Shown: positions 61,201 to 64,000 of the stretch, piece by piece
Position numbering within the stretch: the stretch's first letter is position 1
Layout: each line of letters starts with the position of its first letter
NCBI GenBank assembly: GCA_032718475.1
Contig: JAUCBJ010003670.1
Coordinates: 6,226-70,225, forward strand
From: Nemertoderma westbladi
Taxonomy: Eukaryota > Animalia > Xenacoelomorpha
DNA length: 64,000 nt
Reading direction: 5' to 3'
Notes under the pieces: model-generated
What the model saw: only the letters and a program-made list of their open reading frames with translations
What the model was told of the DNA's origin: nothing
Database searches by the model: none
Translations under genes and position numbers: made by a program

Positions 61201-64000
61201 GACCCCCTCTTTCGATTCTCGGTGTCTCTGGATGCGTCAAATAGAGGTTTTTTAAGAGTCCTAGTGAAAAAAAGACAAAAAAACCAGACAATTGTCCGTC
61301 ATGTCCGTCAAAACGATAGATTCGCTAAAAGCTCTGAAGAATCTTATTTTTTTGGCATTACGCGTCCCCCCTCGAAAAATCAAGAAAATTGTACGGCTGG
61401 AAATAGGTCGAATGGGGGGGGAACACCGTTTTCGCAGTAACTACGCGTCCTCTATGTAGACTGCGTCCTTTAGAGGGGCGGCGAATTCACCTCACTCGAC
61501 GCCGCCCTTACTGAATGTTTTTAAAAGATATTTCTTCCCACCAAGGTGGACCCAAAATGAAGTTATACTTAAAGAAAGACCACGAGGTAAAGGGAAAAGC
61601 GTGGACGGGGGGGGGGGGGGGGTGGTATGCGTCGAATGACACGAGGGGAGACGAACTGGACTCGTTAATTTTATATTACTCGAAATTGTATGTAATATAT
61701 TTTCGCTCCCAGTCTACACTCGTTCTATATACCGGTAACCCATTAATATTAATATATACTACTCAGTCGTTTGTACATAATACGAAGTCTGTAAGTTATA
61801 GTCACCGAAACATTGCAGCTCGGAAATTATAATATATGAATCAAGGATGTCTCTCTTATGATCTACATAGAATAGATATGGTTATTGATACTGTTACATT
61901 GTGATAATGGATTCTAGGTTTCTTTCACTGGTAAATCCGTATAAATGTTGAAGTAATAAAATTTAATTACAGAACCATAGTTCGAAGATCAGCATTATTC
62001 ATACCAGTCATTGCTTAGAAATTTTACAGGATATATTGTTAATCTGACTTAAGTTGTTTAGGTTGAACAAAGTCTACATAGTAAACAACAGGTCCTCCAA
62101 AGAGTGTGTCTTTGGTATATTATATCATGAAGGGGGAAGTTAGATTCACTGCATAAATGCAGTTTATCTAACTTCCCCCAAATATCCACTGTTGAATAAA
62201 ATTGAAGCCATATATTAAGTCCGAAAAGGTTCGAGTTTTTTAATAAATTGTGTGGTCCATTTGTTATCTTATCTCTATTTATTGTTTAAAGTTCATTTAA
62301 GATCACACTGGTTTTTAGAATATTACAACCTTATTTATTATTAATTTATACAATCGAACCCTTATAAGGACCGGTTATTTGTACACATACTCCTAATGCG
62401 CTCAGTAAGGTCCATACAACATATTAATATGAAAATAAATTATCTGCAACGAAAAGAACCCAATAATACACCATTTGACCTTATTAAAAAAAATTGCACA
62501 TTTGCACACATATTTGCACAAGTGCACTTTAGCGGATCCTAAAGGTGGTTCCTATTTAACACACTTATGTCTATTCTCTACTGATCTACGATGGTGCATG
62601 ATCAAGTGTCAGTCGCTAAAAGTGTCAAAAATCCAATTTAATAAATCGCGACATTCGCGATTTTGGACCATATTCATGGACATTTTAAGTCACTTTATAG
62701 ACATAAAAAGATAAACAAATGTTAAGATTATAGTTAGAAATCATTCCAAACTACATTTTAATCCAAAAAATAACATTCTACGATGAATAGAACTGGAAAT
62801 AATAGTGTTTGAAATATCGAAAAAATGTCGAATATTTAAGTGCATTTTGCACTAAGTGCACATGCGTCTTTTCTCAAGTTGTATCCTATTTCAAACACTA
62901 CAATCTATCCTCTATCCATTGAAAAAAGTTTCAGATCAAACGGCCCAGTAAAACCGAAGTTATTGATGTTTAAACATAGTCACTCGAAAATTTCAAATTC
63001 TCTTGGTCACATAGTCTAGTGGTTATCAATCACGTTATTGAAACCTAAGGTCGCGGGTACGAAATCCAATATTGGCCATTCTTAATTTTTTGTAAAAAAA
63101 TTTTTTTTTATTTTTTCACTAAAATCGCTCTAACTTCGGTTCTGGTGGTCCAAATTCAATAAAATTGGTATATTCTTTGCCGTAATTTTTTTTTCTATCT
63201 TTTGAGAGGGGGTCATTTTTGGCCCCAAAAAAAATGAAAAAAAAGGGCCAAAATTACGCGATATTTTTCGACCCTTAAAATTGTTAATTTTAATTATATA
63301 TGTTAAGAAAAAAGATAGCGGAGGTAATTTGCTACATTTTAAATGTACTTTTGGCGCAATACGCTAAATTATAATGGAGTAGTGATTTATTAGAAAAAAA
63401 AAATTTTTCGTCCCTTTTTATAAATATTTTATTTCACACGATCGTCTGCCGCACCAGTTGTATATAAGCTACGGCGCTCTAATTAACGCTGTTAGATAGA
63501 TAATTTAAAGCTCTATAAGTCTGTGTAAACAAATCTCCCGTAAGTTAAGTAGTTTGCGAGCTGGACGAGTTCCCGCGCAGTGAGTTTGAAACGCGAAATT
63601 TTAATAATGGCCCTCATTTTTTTTATATCATTTGCGCAGCAAAACCGATAGCATATTTGAATTCCCCGTATCGATATTGACCGTATAAAATGTACCTTAA
63701 CCAACTAAAGTGAAAAATAAAAAAATATTCGATAAAAACTATTTTTCATATTCTGGCCCTTTTTGGCCCCTATTGTCGACATATTTGTTGTACCCCCACT
63801 CGATACGAACGTAGCCCCAATGGTCTCCTACGAGTTTCAAAAAAGAATTAGTGGAATCCGACCCGCGTTGTCAAATTAAACATTTCGGAAATAAAATTTC
63901 GAAAAAAGACGGACAAAAACGTACAAATTTACGGCCCCTTTTTCCACCCGAAATTTTAATAAATCTCTTACCCCCATTCGATACGAAGGTAGACCCACTC
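52300..64000 (+). repeat. Tandem array of a ~2.97-kb unit (about 4 copies, running off the window)
   Basis: Markers recur: GTCACATAGTCTAGTGG at ~54089, 57073, 60042 (variant) and 63007; CCACCAAGGTGG at ~55607, 58582 and 61538. Confidence 0.95.
52658..53509. mobile_element. Non-autonomous piggyBac-type MITE
   Basis: TTAA|CCCTATTCCACCTGGG ... CCCAGGTGGAATAGGG|TTAA. The empty site AACATATTAATATG is present in the other repeat units (e.g. ~56486). Confidence 0.93.

Noticed and set aside
50338-63704. Recurrent 60-106 aa ORFs in the macrosatellite
   Set aside because: No motifs, mostly non-ATG starts, and frames are not maintained across all units.

Overview
AT-rich eukaryotic (probably invertebrate animal) DNA made almost entirely of nested mobile elements. 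Left part: an RTE-type LINE 5' fragment, four exons of an intron-containing class A GPCR that the ORF track misses, a palindromic minisatellite, a hAT>Kolobok>MITE nest, and a second RTE LINE split by a piggyBac and a tRNA-SINE. From about 18167 to 50200 lies a decayed endogenous Polinton/Maverick (adintovirus-like). It has pPolB, protease, major capsid, two minor capsids, core proteins, integrase and packaging ATPase. It also has unusual accessory genes: a TBP-like ORF directly behind PolB, a PC4-like ORF, a DEDD-exonuclease-like ORF and a RING finger ORF. One penton gene is split by a 14-kb Sola2-like DNA transposon, which itself holds a 10.75-kb non-autonomous BEL/Pao LTR element. The Polinton right end is cut off by an inverted duplication of a ~2.97-kb tandem repeat that fills the rest of the window. 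The most novel signal is the putative TBP + PC4 transcription module in the Polinton. All family assignments come from motif recognition by eye; no database search was run.
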